The notes under the pieces were generated by a model, which ran no database searches, was not told the origin of the DNA, and saw nothing but the letters and a program-made list of their open reading frames with translations. Of a stretch of 64,000 nucleotides of DNA, positions 1 to 10,600 are shown one piece after another. Both the position numbers and the translations under genes were made by a program. The first letter of the stretch is position 1; each line of letters opens with the position of its first letter. This DNA is from Podarcis melisellensis (Eukaryota), in assembly GCA_964234715.1 (NCBI GenBank), contig OZ174283.1; one strand, 5' to 3'.

Positions 1-562
1 TAAACACTCAAAAGTACAAAAAAGAGAGAAAAGAACATTGAAAATAAGACCAAAATTCCAACAAATGGACACTCATGATAAAGACTTACTTATCCAAATG
101 GGAAAGCCTATCAGAACTAAGATGCCCTCAATTGTTTCTGGAAAGTGGATAGTGGATGTCTGTCATATTTCAATAGGAATGCTATTCCACAGAAAATGGG
201 CGGCCCTGCTCCAAGTTACTGTAGAGTGAGCTTCTAAGATCTTTGGAACTTGTAGAAGAAACTCCACTACCACAGTCACTTTCCCCCCTAAATTACTCCT
301 CTCCCCTGCTTTGCACACACAATGTTTTAGCCTTTTCTCCTAGGGAAGATGCTCCAATCTTGGTTGTTCGTTTACAGCTCTATGCTATCCCTTTTTTGAG
401 GTGGAGCAACTATAATTGTAAACAGTATTCCAAATATGGCTACCTCATAGATTTGCAATGCTACCGATGAAACAAGTATACAGAATTGTTTTCCTGTTGT
501 GTACTCTTGCCATAAGATACACTGATGGATTCTGTTGTATTCAGAACCCAATATTATGCCCA

Positions 563-900
563 GATGCGGGTGGTGCTGTGGGTTAAACCACAGAGCCTAG
601 GGCTTGCTGATCAGAATCCCCACAAGGGGGTGAGCTCCTGTTGCTCAGTCCCAGCTCCTGCCAACCTAGCAGTTCTAAAGCATGAAGTGCTAGTACATAA
701 ATAGGTACTGCTCTGGCAGGAAGGTAAACGGCGTTTCTGTGCACGGCTCTGGTTCACCAGAAGTGGCTTAGTCCTGCTGGCCACATGACCCGGAAGCTGT
801 ACGCCAACTCCCTCGGCCAATAAAGCGAGATGAGCACCGCAACCCCAGGGTCGTCCACGACTGGACCTAATGGTCAGGGCTCCCTTTACCCTTTACCTTT
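563..900 (+). mobile_element. Sauria SINE (Squam1-type), B-box deleted
   Basis: GCGGGTGGTGCTGTGGGTTAAACCACAGAGCC head, ATAAATAGGTAC and GGCCACATGACCCGGAAG body motifs, (ACCTTT)n tail; homologous to four other copies in the window. Confidence 0.92.
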
Positions 901-1477
901 ACTCTTGCTATAAGATACACTGCTGGCTTCTGTTGTATGTAGAACCCAATATTGTGCCCAGATGTTGACTGCTTTTGCATGTGCATGCCTGGCCTACTTT
1001 GGTGATCCTATTTGTCTCTCCTCACAGTGGCCAGAAATAGCTTCTTTCCCACCTCATTTATTTGCATAAAAGGGCTGCAGACCTGAAACCGCTTAACTCT
1101 GGACCAGTTCCAGGTGACTGAACAGAGACTAGTCAAGTGTAAATTGTTTGAGGGTTCAGGCTTAGAGAGGCAGGAAACGTATCTCCTTAGAGTGTGAAAC
1201 TCCAAAAATAGAAACTCAGCTGCCATTTATAGTAAGGCTTACATCAGGTCACTGAATCATCTTGTATTTTATTCTCTCTCTTTTTACTTCTAACATAACA
1301 TGTAGCAGAAGTTTTTTTTAAGGGATCTTAAGTCAAAGCCTTTGAGCATGACCATACTTTCAAGACTGTATTTCATTTCTAACAGTAATAGGACTGGAAA
1401 ACAAAAAGATTTTTAAAAATGGTTTTAAGCCAAAGTCTTAATCTATGACTTGAGGTAAATCTGTTGAAGCTAGATTT

Positions 1478-1625
1478 ATAGAACCACAAAACTGTAGAGT
1501 TGTAAGGGACCATTAGGGTCATCTAGTCCAACCCCCTGCAATGCAGGATTTTTTTGCCCAACAGGAGGCTCAAACCCATGACCCTGAAATTAAGAATCTC
1601 ATGAACTATTGACTGAGCTATCCAA
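1478..1625 (-). mobile_element. tRNA-Lys(CTT)-derived SINE with CR1-type 3' tail
   Basis: Minus strand GGATAGCTCAGTCAATAG...CTTAATTTCAGGGTCATGGGTTTGAGCC...TTGGGC resembles tRNA-Lys; followed by GGTTGGACTAGATGACC...TTCTAT CR1 end. Confidence 0.8.
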
Positions 1626-2794
1626 CTAGGATCTTTGCACTTTTGATACCAGTTTTGCACTTTTGACTTCTCTCAACGACAGTATAAGATCTCAGTAGAT
1701 CTCAGAATGATAGTACTCACTGAAGGGGAAGAGCAGATCCATGCCTGCTGGCCTGTCCCCATAAAATCTGTCATTGCCACCTAAACATGGAGCAGAAGGG
1801 CACATCTGTAACAGGAACATGGTCTAAATGTTCAGTTCCTTTCCTAATGATCCCTAGCATGGAATTTGCTCCCCCCCCCAAAAAAAAACACAACTGCCAC
1901 ACACTGGGTCATGTGTGCTTCCCATCACACATTGCAGAATACTTTGGCGGTATGTCTAATCTCATGTTCCAGCATAACTGCATATTTAACTTTTAGATCC
2001 ATCATTTACATTTAAGAGAAAACATATCTCAGGCTGCTGTCTCTAGATATGGAAGGTCATTCAGAGGAGTGGAACATCTGTGTTTGCCAGAGTCATAGTT
2101 GCAGTAGTTCTGGTTGTTAGTAATGTGTTTTCCTACATGGAAATGGTGTCCATCACATTAACAGAGTTTCCCTTGAACTGCATGGCTGGATGGTTGTTTA
2201 AAATGATGCTACTTCGTTTAGAAGGATGCCAAAGTGTGTACACACAGATGATCCACTGCTCTGAATGCCCCATCATATCCAGATACAGTGGTTTGAGCTG
2301 TGTTTTCTCCCAAATACAAAGGGTGGATCTGAATGTTAACTATGCAGTTGTGCTGGAACATGAGGTTAGACACACAGTCAAAGAAATAATAAACTGTGCA
2401 GGAATCTGGAATAAAATAAACAATCCTCTAAAGATATATGTCCCATGGGCTTCAGAGGTTTTGATGCTGACAGCCAAATAATCTCTTCTGCTTACACAAG
2501 CAAATGGTAATGAACCCTTACTTCTGCTAAAGTCTTCACTGCAACAAAACAGTTTTCAGAGACTTAAACTGGGAATGTTGGGTTGTGTTCTGCATACTGT
2601 AAAGATACAGTTCTTCTGCAGCTCAGATGAAAACTACTTTGCTCTACTAACTTTGTAGAGGAACATACATTGAGTCAGTTCTAAAGCATCAAACTCAGCA
2701 CCACTGTCCTCTTCCACCAAGGCTGTCTCCTGATGACACTTGAACAACATATTATGTCTTTGTGACTTGCAGGAGGACTATCGTATATGGGCTC

Positions 2795-2950
2795 TTGGTT
2801 CATACATCTTAGTATTGTCTATACTGCCCACAGTGGCTATCCAGGATTTCAGAGAGGGGACATTACCACTTCTGCCTAGAGACACCAGGGACTGAACCTG
2901 GCTCCTGCTTGCAAAGCCAATACTCTACCACTGAGTTATGGCCCTTCCCC
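2795..2950 (-). mobile_element. tRNA-derived SINE (Squam2-like), degraded
   Basis: Minus strand GGGAAGGGCCATAACTCAGTGGTAGAG head; homologous to 54505-54668 and 56104-56265. Confidence 0.7.
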
Positions 2951-3529
2951 AATAAGGGAAATATATTTATGGCACATATGGATCACTGACCTATGCACAG
3001 TTATCTTGGACACAGATACTGGACATCGTATCTTCAAGGTATTTATGTACCTTGAAGGTATGGTGAGGAAAGACTTCACAGTGGACCTTTCCTTTATTCT
3101 CTCTCTCCTCTACTTATATTCTTTTCTGTCTGCTGCATTTTGACCTTCTACATAGCCTGTTGCCAGTTGAAATTTCCCAGCTTACAATGTTCCTTTTCAG
3201 CCTTAGGCCCCTCTTAACTTGTGAACATCCTTAAAACCTGATCTTTGTTTGATTCGATGGCTTTTGAACATCTGCATGTTCTCTAGTTAGAGGTTCATTT
3301 GGAATGGATTCATCTCCCATCCGGTACAGATGACCAAGCTGAGATGTCTGAATGAGAAGAGTAATTGACTTGGCAATAGTGCTTTCTCAAGCATTTCAGC
3401 AGCGACTATTTTGGCTTCTCCTTTAATACACCGGATATGCTGAAGGCAGTCTGTTTAGAAGGTGCTGCATGATCTGTGATCAGTTCCAGGTTCTCCTGAA
3501 TTAAAGACTGCTCTGATGATACAATTCAC

Positions 3530-4870
3530 TATTATTATTGAATTATTAATCACCTTCTAAAGCAGCATCTCAGGGTGATTTATACATCAGATAATTATAA
3601 AGAGTTAAAAGCACAAAAGCAAAGCTTTTGAAACAAGACTAAAATGCTAACAAGTGGACACTTGTGCTAGACACATTTATCTAGCTGGGAAAGCCAGTCG
3701 GGACAAAAATTGCTTTCTGAAAGTATGGATAATATCTTGACAGCAATGTTGTTCCACAGCACAGAGGCAGCCACACTAAAAGCCCTGCTCTGAGTTACAG
3801 TGGAGCAGGCTGCTGAGATGTATAAGACAGGGGTCAGCAAACTTTTTCAGCAGGGGGCCGGTCCACTGTCCCTCAGACCTTGTGGGGGGCTGGACTATAT
3901 TTTGGAAAAGAAAGAAAGATGCAAGAGCACCACGAGCTCCGGTGGCTGCTTACCTGTGTCTTGCTAGCAGCAGGGGCTGGCAGCGGCGGTGGAGGGATGA
4001 TGAGTGGCACGCAAAAGGGCTGCTTAAAATGGAATCTGCTCAAGTGCTGCTGCTGCTGGCACCAACAAAGCCCAGTCCCCTTCCTCCTTTAGGCAGGGCG
4101 GAGAGAAGCCAGGAGGAGGGAGGGAGGAGGTGCCACTGCTGATGTGAGGGAGAGGGAGGGAGAGGGATGGAGAGGGAAAGAACGCATGCGCTGGCGATCC
4201 ATGTGGCAATTCCCTGACTGTCCGTGGGCTGGATCCAGAAGGCAATTGGGCCTGATCTGGCCTGTGGACCTTAGTTTGCCGACCCATGGTATAATAAGAG
4301 ATAAGACATTCTCTCAAGTAACCTGCTCCTGAGCTGCATAGGGACTTACATGTGAGTACCAACACCCTGAACTTGGCATGGTGTTTTTTTGCAGGGAGTT
4401 ATTTGCTGGTGTTAGTTTGGCCCCACATGCAACCTACCCACTGTGCTTTGTGTCAGCTGCAGCCTCTGGAGCAAGACCTGCCTGCCCAGGAGGAAAACTG
4501 AGGCAGCTGCCATGGGGCCCCCTGCCATCTCCACCATCAGCTGAGAAATGGTGGGGGGGGTTTCTGGAGAGGTCTTCCCCAAAGTCTTGTGAGATCTCAC
4601 CAGAACCCATTGTCTTCGCTGCCACTTTGCCACTGTGCAACCTGCAGAGGAAGCGGGGTGGCAGGGGAGCATCACCTTCCTGTTTTGCCTCAGGTGGCAA
4701 AAAGGGATGTGCAGCCTCTGCTCCGGACCTTCCCCAAGGCTAAGCCCATATCGAGCGCATTGCAGTAATCCAAATGTGAGGTTCACAATGCATGGAAAAC
4801 TGTGGTTAAGTTATCCTGATCTAGGAATGCCTACAGTTGTCTTACCCACTGAAGTAGGAAAAAGGAGCTC
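3530..4870 (-). mobile_element. Old L2-type LINE remnant interrupted by younger insertions
   Basis: Minus-strand L2-like tail at 3530-3590 and ORF2-like pieces at 4300-4380 and 4745-4870 (GGATTACTGCAATGCG, LDYCNA); split by the hAT MITE at 3828-4288. Confidence 0.5.
3828..4288. mobile_element. Non-autonomous hAT DNA transposon (MITE)
   Basis: TIRs CAGGGGTCAGCAAACT / AGTTTGCCGACCCATG; 8-bp TSD GTATAAGA / GTATAATA. Confidence 0.88.
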
Positions 4871-6113
4871 CTAACTGCCAAGGTGTGCAACAATGGGAAA
4901 GGGTGTATTGCAACGAATCTGATGATAATTGTACTACCTGTTTATAGGAAGCTGTTTGCAATAAAATATTTTGATCTTACAGCCCAGTCCTTTGCATGGT
5001 GACTCTGAAATAAGTACTGATGAATTACATACAGCTTACTTCTAAGTACATGTGCATAGGATTAGATTGAAATCCCATGCTCACACCCTTAGAAGTAAGT
5101 CCTAGTTGCATCAGTGGGTCTTATTTCTGAGTGGATCTGGATTATACTTTAATTGTCAAACACATTTCCTCCAGGTAAGTCACACTGATTCTACAGGTTC
5201 TACAGAGATGATTTAAGAATTATGATCACCATATAACAACCATTTCTAAAATTTGCTATATCAAGCAATTGTCCAGGAACATTGTCTTTAAGTCCCCTCC
5301 CTGCTGATCTAATTCAATAATTCCTCCACATTGTTCCACTGTTAAATCTATTATTTCTATATACGCATATAAGTTAAAGCATGGTTAAGTGCACACTGGG
5401 ATATAACAAACTCAATTAGAAATTTGAATAGTGCAGATTCAGATAATGATGGTTACTAGATGTATCTGCTGAGCTTCTCAAAACAGCACATAGTAATTGC
5501 TTTGACTGAATCTAATATATTTCATAACCCATCTTTTCTCATTCAGCCTGCACAGCTCTGGGTGGGTCATCAGTGTTAATCACTACAATCTGCATGCAAG
5601 TCCAATATTCAAAGCACACACTCACATGTCTTTGAATTCCTGCTACTGCACTTAACCAATCTGACCTTTATCCATTACATTTGAACACCAGAAGGCACCA
5701 GTTTGGATCACTTCCCTATTGGTACGTTTCCTGCCAAGAGAAGAGTTTATTTAACCTTCATTTCCCAGTAATCATGATGGCCTCTTGCGGGTATGTATTG
5801 CAAGAAAACAGTAATTCCTTTCCTTAAGAGTCTGTCTTGGGTAATGAGCATCCTGTTTTTCATTGTCTCGATTTTTATTTTTATTTTAAATCTTTTTATA
5901 AGAGGGAGTTTAAGAAAGTATTTTTAATACCCATGGCAGGTTTTGGCCCTCTCCCCATTTATAGAAGCCTAGTTTTAGAATTGCTAGCTATTACCTCCAG
6001 TTTTTGATGGCCAATTTAATGATTACACTATAATCATTCCTTTTCACATAGGAAGAATCTTGGCCAGTTTTGCTCTTTAAGCCCCAACTATCCAGCTGCA
6101 ATACTGCCACTGG

Positions 6114-6114
<1 letters not shown>

Positions 6115-6153
<39 letters not shown>
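6115..6153. repeat. (TTA)n microsatellite
   Basis: Direct reading. Confidence 0.97.
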
Positions 6154-6854
6154 GTTCCAATACTACAGCTTTCCTTCTGGAATTGATTTTTGGTTTTTTT
6201 AAGTCAGTATCTTCAGAGACTGAGGAAGGATTTGGGCAGAAAGCTTATAAACTCTACTTTCATAATGTTCGTTTGGAGATGAGGATACCACATCCAAGAG
6301 GCAAGGTCAGCACCCCTGATGAAGATGTGGAATTGGAAAGATACAGATACACAGTTTATTGAAAGGACAGGAGTACTGGCAATAGCAGGACCAGCCTGTC
6401 CATGTGGCAGAGCAAGGCAGCTGCCTCAGGCAGAAAATTCTGAGGGGTAGAAAGTGGCTAGAAATGTGTGCCATGTGGTCTGCCCTGCAGCCTCTAAGCC
6501 AGCTTGCTGCCCTAAGGGTGTGGTGGAGGCCTCAGTTCCATCACCATCAACTACCAGTCTGGTTTCTACTTAGATTCTGTGGAGAGAATGGGGAATGCAC
6601 CATCTTGCCCTTCACATCAGGCGGGAAAATGGCTTGGGCCGCCCTGGACAACTTTGTCAGAATCCACCCCTTAATTGTTCTAATGGAATCTGGAAAATAA
6701 CAGTTGACTAGCGGGTTTAGAGGAGTGACAGCTCTCAGCACAGCCAGGGTGACTTTTGGGTAATTATTTTGGAATCATCTTCATCATAGCAACAGCAAAA
6801 ATCCTAAATGGAGTTATAAGCTGTGAAAATGCAGACAGAGGGTAGTTGAAACAA

Positions 6855-6897
<43 letters not shown>

Positions 6898-6903
6898 TAA
6901 TAA
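6855..6903. repeat. (AAT)n microsatellite
   Basis: Direct reading. Confidence 0.97.
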
Positions 6904-6988
6904 AAAATTCCTTCCAGTAGCACCTTAGAGACTGACTAAGTTACTTATTGGTATGAGCTTTCGTGTGCATGCACACTTTTTCGGATAG
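6903..6988 (-). mobile_element. Penelope-like element terminal fragment with decayed hammerhead ribozyme motif
   Basis: CCAGTAGCACCTTAGAGAC...GGTATGAGCTTTCGTGTGCATGCACAC abutting an (AAT)n tract; minus strand has hammerhead layout. Confidence 0.75.
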
Positions 6989-7474
6989 AGAGGATAGTTG
7001 CCACTCTTCCGAAATACAAAGGGGGCTCTAGAAAAGGCTTAATAACAACGCACGAATGATGAGCCAAAATGCTGAAGCCGGTGGGAACGGGAAGAGCAAT
7101 CGTGCCTGTTAAATATTTACCATGCAACTCTCAGAAAAGCCACTGACTAGAAAGGTGAGTCGATGTATTAATCAAAGTAAAGCAAACAGGTGAGCAAGTC
7201 CCTGGGAAGCAGCCAAGAACAGAGATGGAGAGAGCGAGAGGAATCTGGCCCTGGGCGCACACGCACATCCCTCAGGATGACTTCAGGGCAGCCTGGTTTG
7301 CATCAGCTGAAGCGTCTCCTTCGTCCCCCCATTGTCAAGGCAATCACGTCTCTGCCTCTGGTGTCGCCTCTCCCAGCACTGTCGCCACCGGCCCGCATGG
7401 CCCTGCCTTCCCCATCATTCGCAACCCCTCCCCTTCCCCCCTCCTACCCCGGCAGCATCCGAATTCCCTCCTCT

Positions 7475-7520
7475 GCTTCCGATTGGAAGCCACGCTCCGG
7501 GCCGCCGTCGCGATTGGCTG
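7475..7520 (+). promoter_or_regulatory. Two inverted CCAAT boxes (NF-Y) with overlapping ETS-type GGAAG motifs
   Basis: GATTGG at 7481-7486 and 7512-7517 (31 bp apart), ~175-210 bp upstream of the ATG; the first lies in GCTTCC-GATT-GGAAGC. Confidence 0.7.
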
Positions 7521-7690
7521 CGTTCCGGTGACACTCAAGAGGGCGCATCGAGGGAGGCCGGCGCGAGAAGCCGCTGCTCGCCTGCTCGCCGCCGTCCTCG
7601 TCTTCCTCCTCGCCTGCCTATATCCCCTCACGGAGCTGCTGCTGAGGCGGCGTCACCGCGCGGTCGCAGAGAGGCGCTCCGGCAGGCGCG

Positions 7691-7693
7691 ATG
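7691..7693 (+). CDS. GUCY1B1: GUCY1B1 exon 1 coding part (ATG only)
   Basis: GGCGCG ATG|GTGAGT donor inside the CpG island; joins phase 0 to the YGFVNHALE exon. Confidence 0.9.
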
Positions 7694-10600
7694 GTGAGTG
7701 CGAGGCGAGAGGCAGATGCGCCACAGGCTGCCGGGTCGCCTTTATTCGGGGAGGGGGAAAGCGGATATTTTGGCAGGGATGGGAAGGGAAGGATGCGCGA
7801 TAAGAAGCGCGGCGCAGGGGACGGGAATAGCTTCGGAGTGCAAAGCGGGTCGCGAGCGGGGAGATGCGGCCGCAGTTGGGGCTCCCCCACAGCCGCGCGC
7901 TTTTCTTTCCTGGGCACAGTCCACCTGGAAGAGGAACGGGGGTGTGAAGGGGGAATATTGGCACTCCGCTCCTTTCCCTTGCAGAGGAAGTACCCGGGTT
8001 GGTACCCATCCCCAAACCCCCCTCCTTGGCTTTGTGGTTTTGCCTGAAGCTAGGCGCTCCTGTAAGCACCATCCACCTGGAGCAGGTGAAACGGGGGGGA
8101 GGCGGGGGAGAGAATAATCGCCGCCATCCCTACCTTTCTTCCCCGTTTCTCGAACCCAACCCGGATTCGTCCCCGTGTTTCCACGCACAAGCACATCACA
8201 AGCTTCGCCCCCTTTGCGCATTTGAGAGCTTTCCACCAACGCGGCTTTCCCGCTTTCCCCCCTCTTTGGCAGTACGGATTCGTCAATCACGCTCTGGAGC
8301 TTCTGGTGATCCGGAATTACGGCCCCGAGGTCTGGGAGGACATCAAGTAAGTGGGCGCCGCTTTCACCTGCCCGAAGGGCGCGCGCGCCGGCTCCCCTCT
8401 CCTTCTTCCCGCGCCCTGTGAGGGAACGGCGCGACCTTTCCCGCCGCCTTCCTCCTGAGGGGACTCTTTTTCCCCTCGCCGGGTTCTCACGCTCCGAAGG
8501 GGCGCCGGCAGGAGGCCGAGGGAGGGAAGCCTCTCCCGGGGGAGAGAGAGAACGAGACGAAGGGCCAGCAGGGCGGCCCTGGTCTCCCGGGTCTTCGCAG
8601 CCGGCAGCGGGCCCGTGGGAAGAGGCGAAGCCAGCCGCCTCCACGAGACCCGGCTCCGCAGCTGGTGGGAAAACGAAGTGGGCCGCGAGGAGGAGGAGGA
8701 GGAGCAGGAGGCCTGTGGACTTGCCGCACTTCCCACGGCGGCTGCCTTCCAGGAGATGAGGGCCGTCGACTACCCAATGTCTCGCCTCGGCCGCCAGACC
8801 GCAGGGCAGGCCCCAGGCTCCTATGGGGCGCGCAAGCCCCGCTGTGCTCGGTTGGAGAATCGTAGAGTTGGAAGGGACCCCCAGGGTCGTCTAGTCCAAC
8901 TTCGTGCAATGCAGGAATCTCAGCTAAAGTATCCATGACAGATGGCCATCCATCTCATTTACAGCTGAGAAGGAAAATATGCCTTGAAAAGTCACAGTAA
9001 ACTCATACCTTACTTATCAAAAACACAGGAAAGGTCATAAACACAAGGATTGCAGGGTCTCTGGAACTCTTCTTGAAGTTTTTAAAAGCAAAACGGGGAG
9101 CCGTATTTGCGTGTCCATTGTTTACTATGCACACAAAAAGGAGTTTGGGAGAATCTGAAAGCTTAATGATGTTTGAGTTGGTTCTGATCATGATTATTAT
9201 CTTACTGTGGGCTCTTCATAGAACTGGCCTGTAAATTATTCTTCAGCAACCTCTCTGATTTCACACATGTTTTGTGAGTGTTGAAGATTAGCACCAAGAC
9301 AATATAAGCATATAAGAGGATGCTTTTCAATCAAATCCACATTCCCTTCCATGTAGGTTGCACAGTTCACAGAAATTGAAAAGGGCTTTTAAATGTGAGA
9401 TGAGTAATTGAAAGCGTGAGTTTGCTATGCATATATAAGGGTGAAGAGGTATTCTTGTGCTATATGCATTATGCTATCTGCACAGCCTTGCAGATTTGTT
9501 CTTTGTATTAATTCTCAAGAATGATCTCCATTTCCCCATTACTGAATTTAAAACAAAAACACCTCTTTGACATCATTCAGAAGCATATACTGAAACAGTG
9601 AACAAATATGGAATTTTGGAGCACATTGTCATCAGTATGCTGATGGCATACAGCTCTACATCTCCATAACATCTGACTCAGAGGCTGTGAAAGCTCTGGG
9701 CTGGTGTCTAAATGCAATGGTGGAATGGATGAGGGCCAATAACCTGCTTGAATTTTGCGAAGATATAGGCTCTTTCGATGGGTGGTTCCCATGTCCATCA
9801 CGTTACCTGTTCCAGATGCTGACAACTTTTTTATTCCATCAGCCTCATGCAGACAATTAAGAATACATTTTCCCACCATGGTTTGTTGATTTCTGAATTT
9901 AATTTTTTACATGATATTTATTGTATGGTTTTATGTAAAGTTGTTATAAACTGCCCTGAATTTTTTTTTTATGAACAGTGATACAGAAATAGTTTTTTAA
10001 AATAAACACGTAATCTTGAATTCACACACAGATGCATCTAGCTTCTCAGAATCACCATTTTGTATTTAATCAGTGCCTTTGGTCATGTGCAGAATGCATG
10101 TCTAATACCAGTCAGCCACTATAGCACAGTCAGTCCAGGGGGCCAACCTTGCTTTACAAAAATATCAGCTTACTTTAAGTATCATGCAAGGAAAGTGTGT
10201 CAAAGAGAAGAACTTAAGTGATACATCCTCTCTCAAATCTACTCTGCTCACATTCACTTTTTTTTTCATCCAAAGGGATGGAAAAGAGGAATGGAAGAGC
10301 AATTACGCCATCCCAGTGCTTTTATTTCCTTCCCAGAATCTCAGCAGACTCCATTTATCAATCATGATCCTGCAAGAGAGTGGCAGGGGGTAAAGAGAGA
10401 ATTTTTTTTTTAAAAAAAAGCAAAACGAAGTGCTATTCCTATTCCCATACAGTTCCATACATTCTAACGTTTGTAGCAGAAAAATGTACAGTGGTACCTC
10501 CGGTTGCGAATGGGATCCATTCCAGAGGTTAGGTTGCATCCCGAGGAATTCGCAACCAGAGGACCACTTCTGTGCATGCGCGCAGTGTGGTTTAGTGCTT

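Larger units (their letters stand above)
7330..8900 (+). promoter_or_regulatory. CpG island covering GUCY1B1 promoter, exon 1, intron 1, exon 2
   Basis: Abrupt rise in GC and CpG density versus CpG-depleted flanks; G-runs capable of quadruplexes (e.g. 7748-7790, 8093-8108). Confidence 0.92.

Noticed and set aside
1556-1625. Apparent tRNA-Lys(CTT) gene
   Set aside because: Multiple stem and box mutations and a directly attached CR1-type tail show it is a SINE head
1-7300. Expected upstream neighbour GUCY1A1
   Set aside because: No cyclase-like exon found in the first 7 kb; if present it lies outside the window
7691-8047. 118-aa ORF from the true ATG through intron 1
   Set aside because: ATG is followed by a consensus GTGAGT donor; the ORF is just intron read-through
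7742-8644. 300-aa antisense ORF and the other overlapping ORFs in 7190-8938
   Set aside because: Low-complexity G/P/R/A translations expected from a stop-poor CpG island; no recognisable domain; overlaps the real exon 2 in antisense
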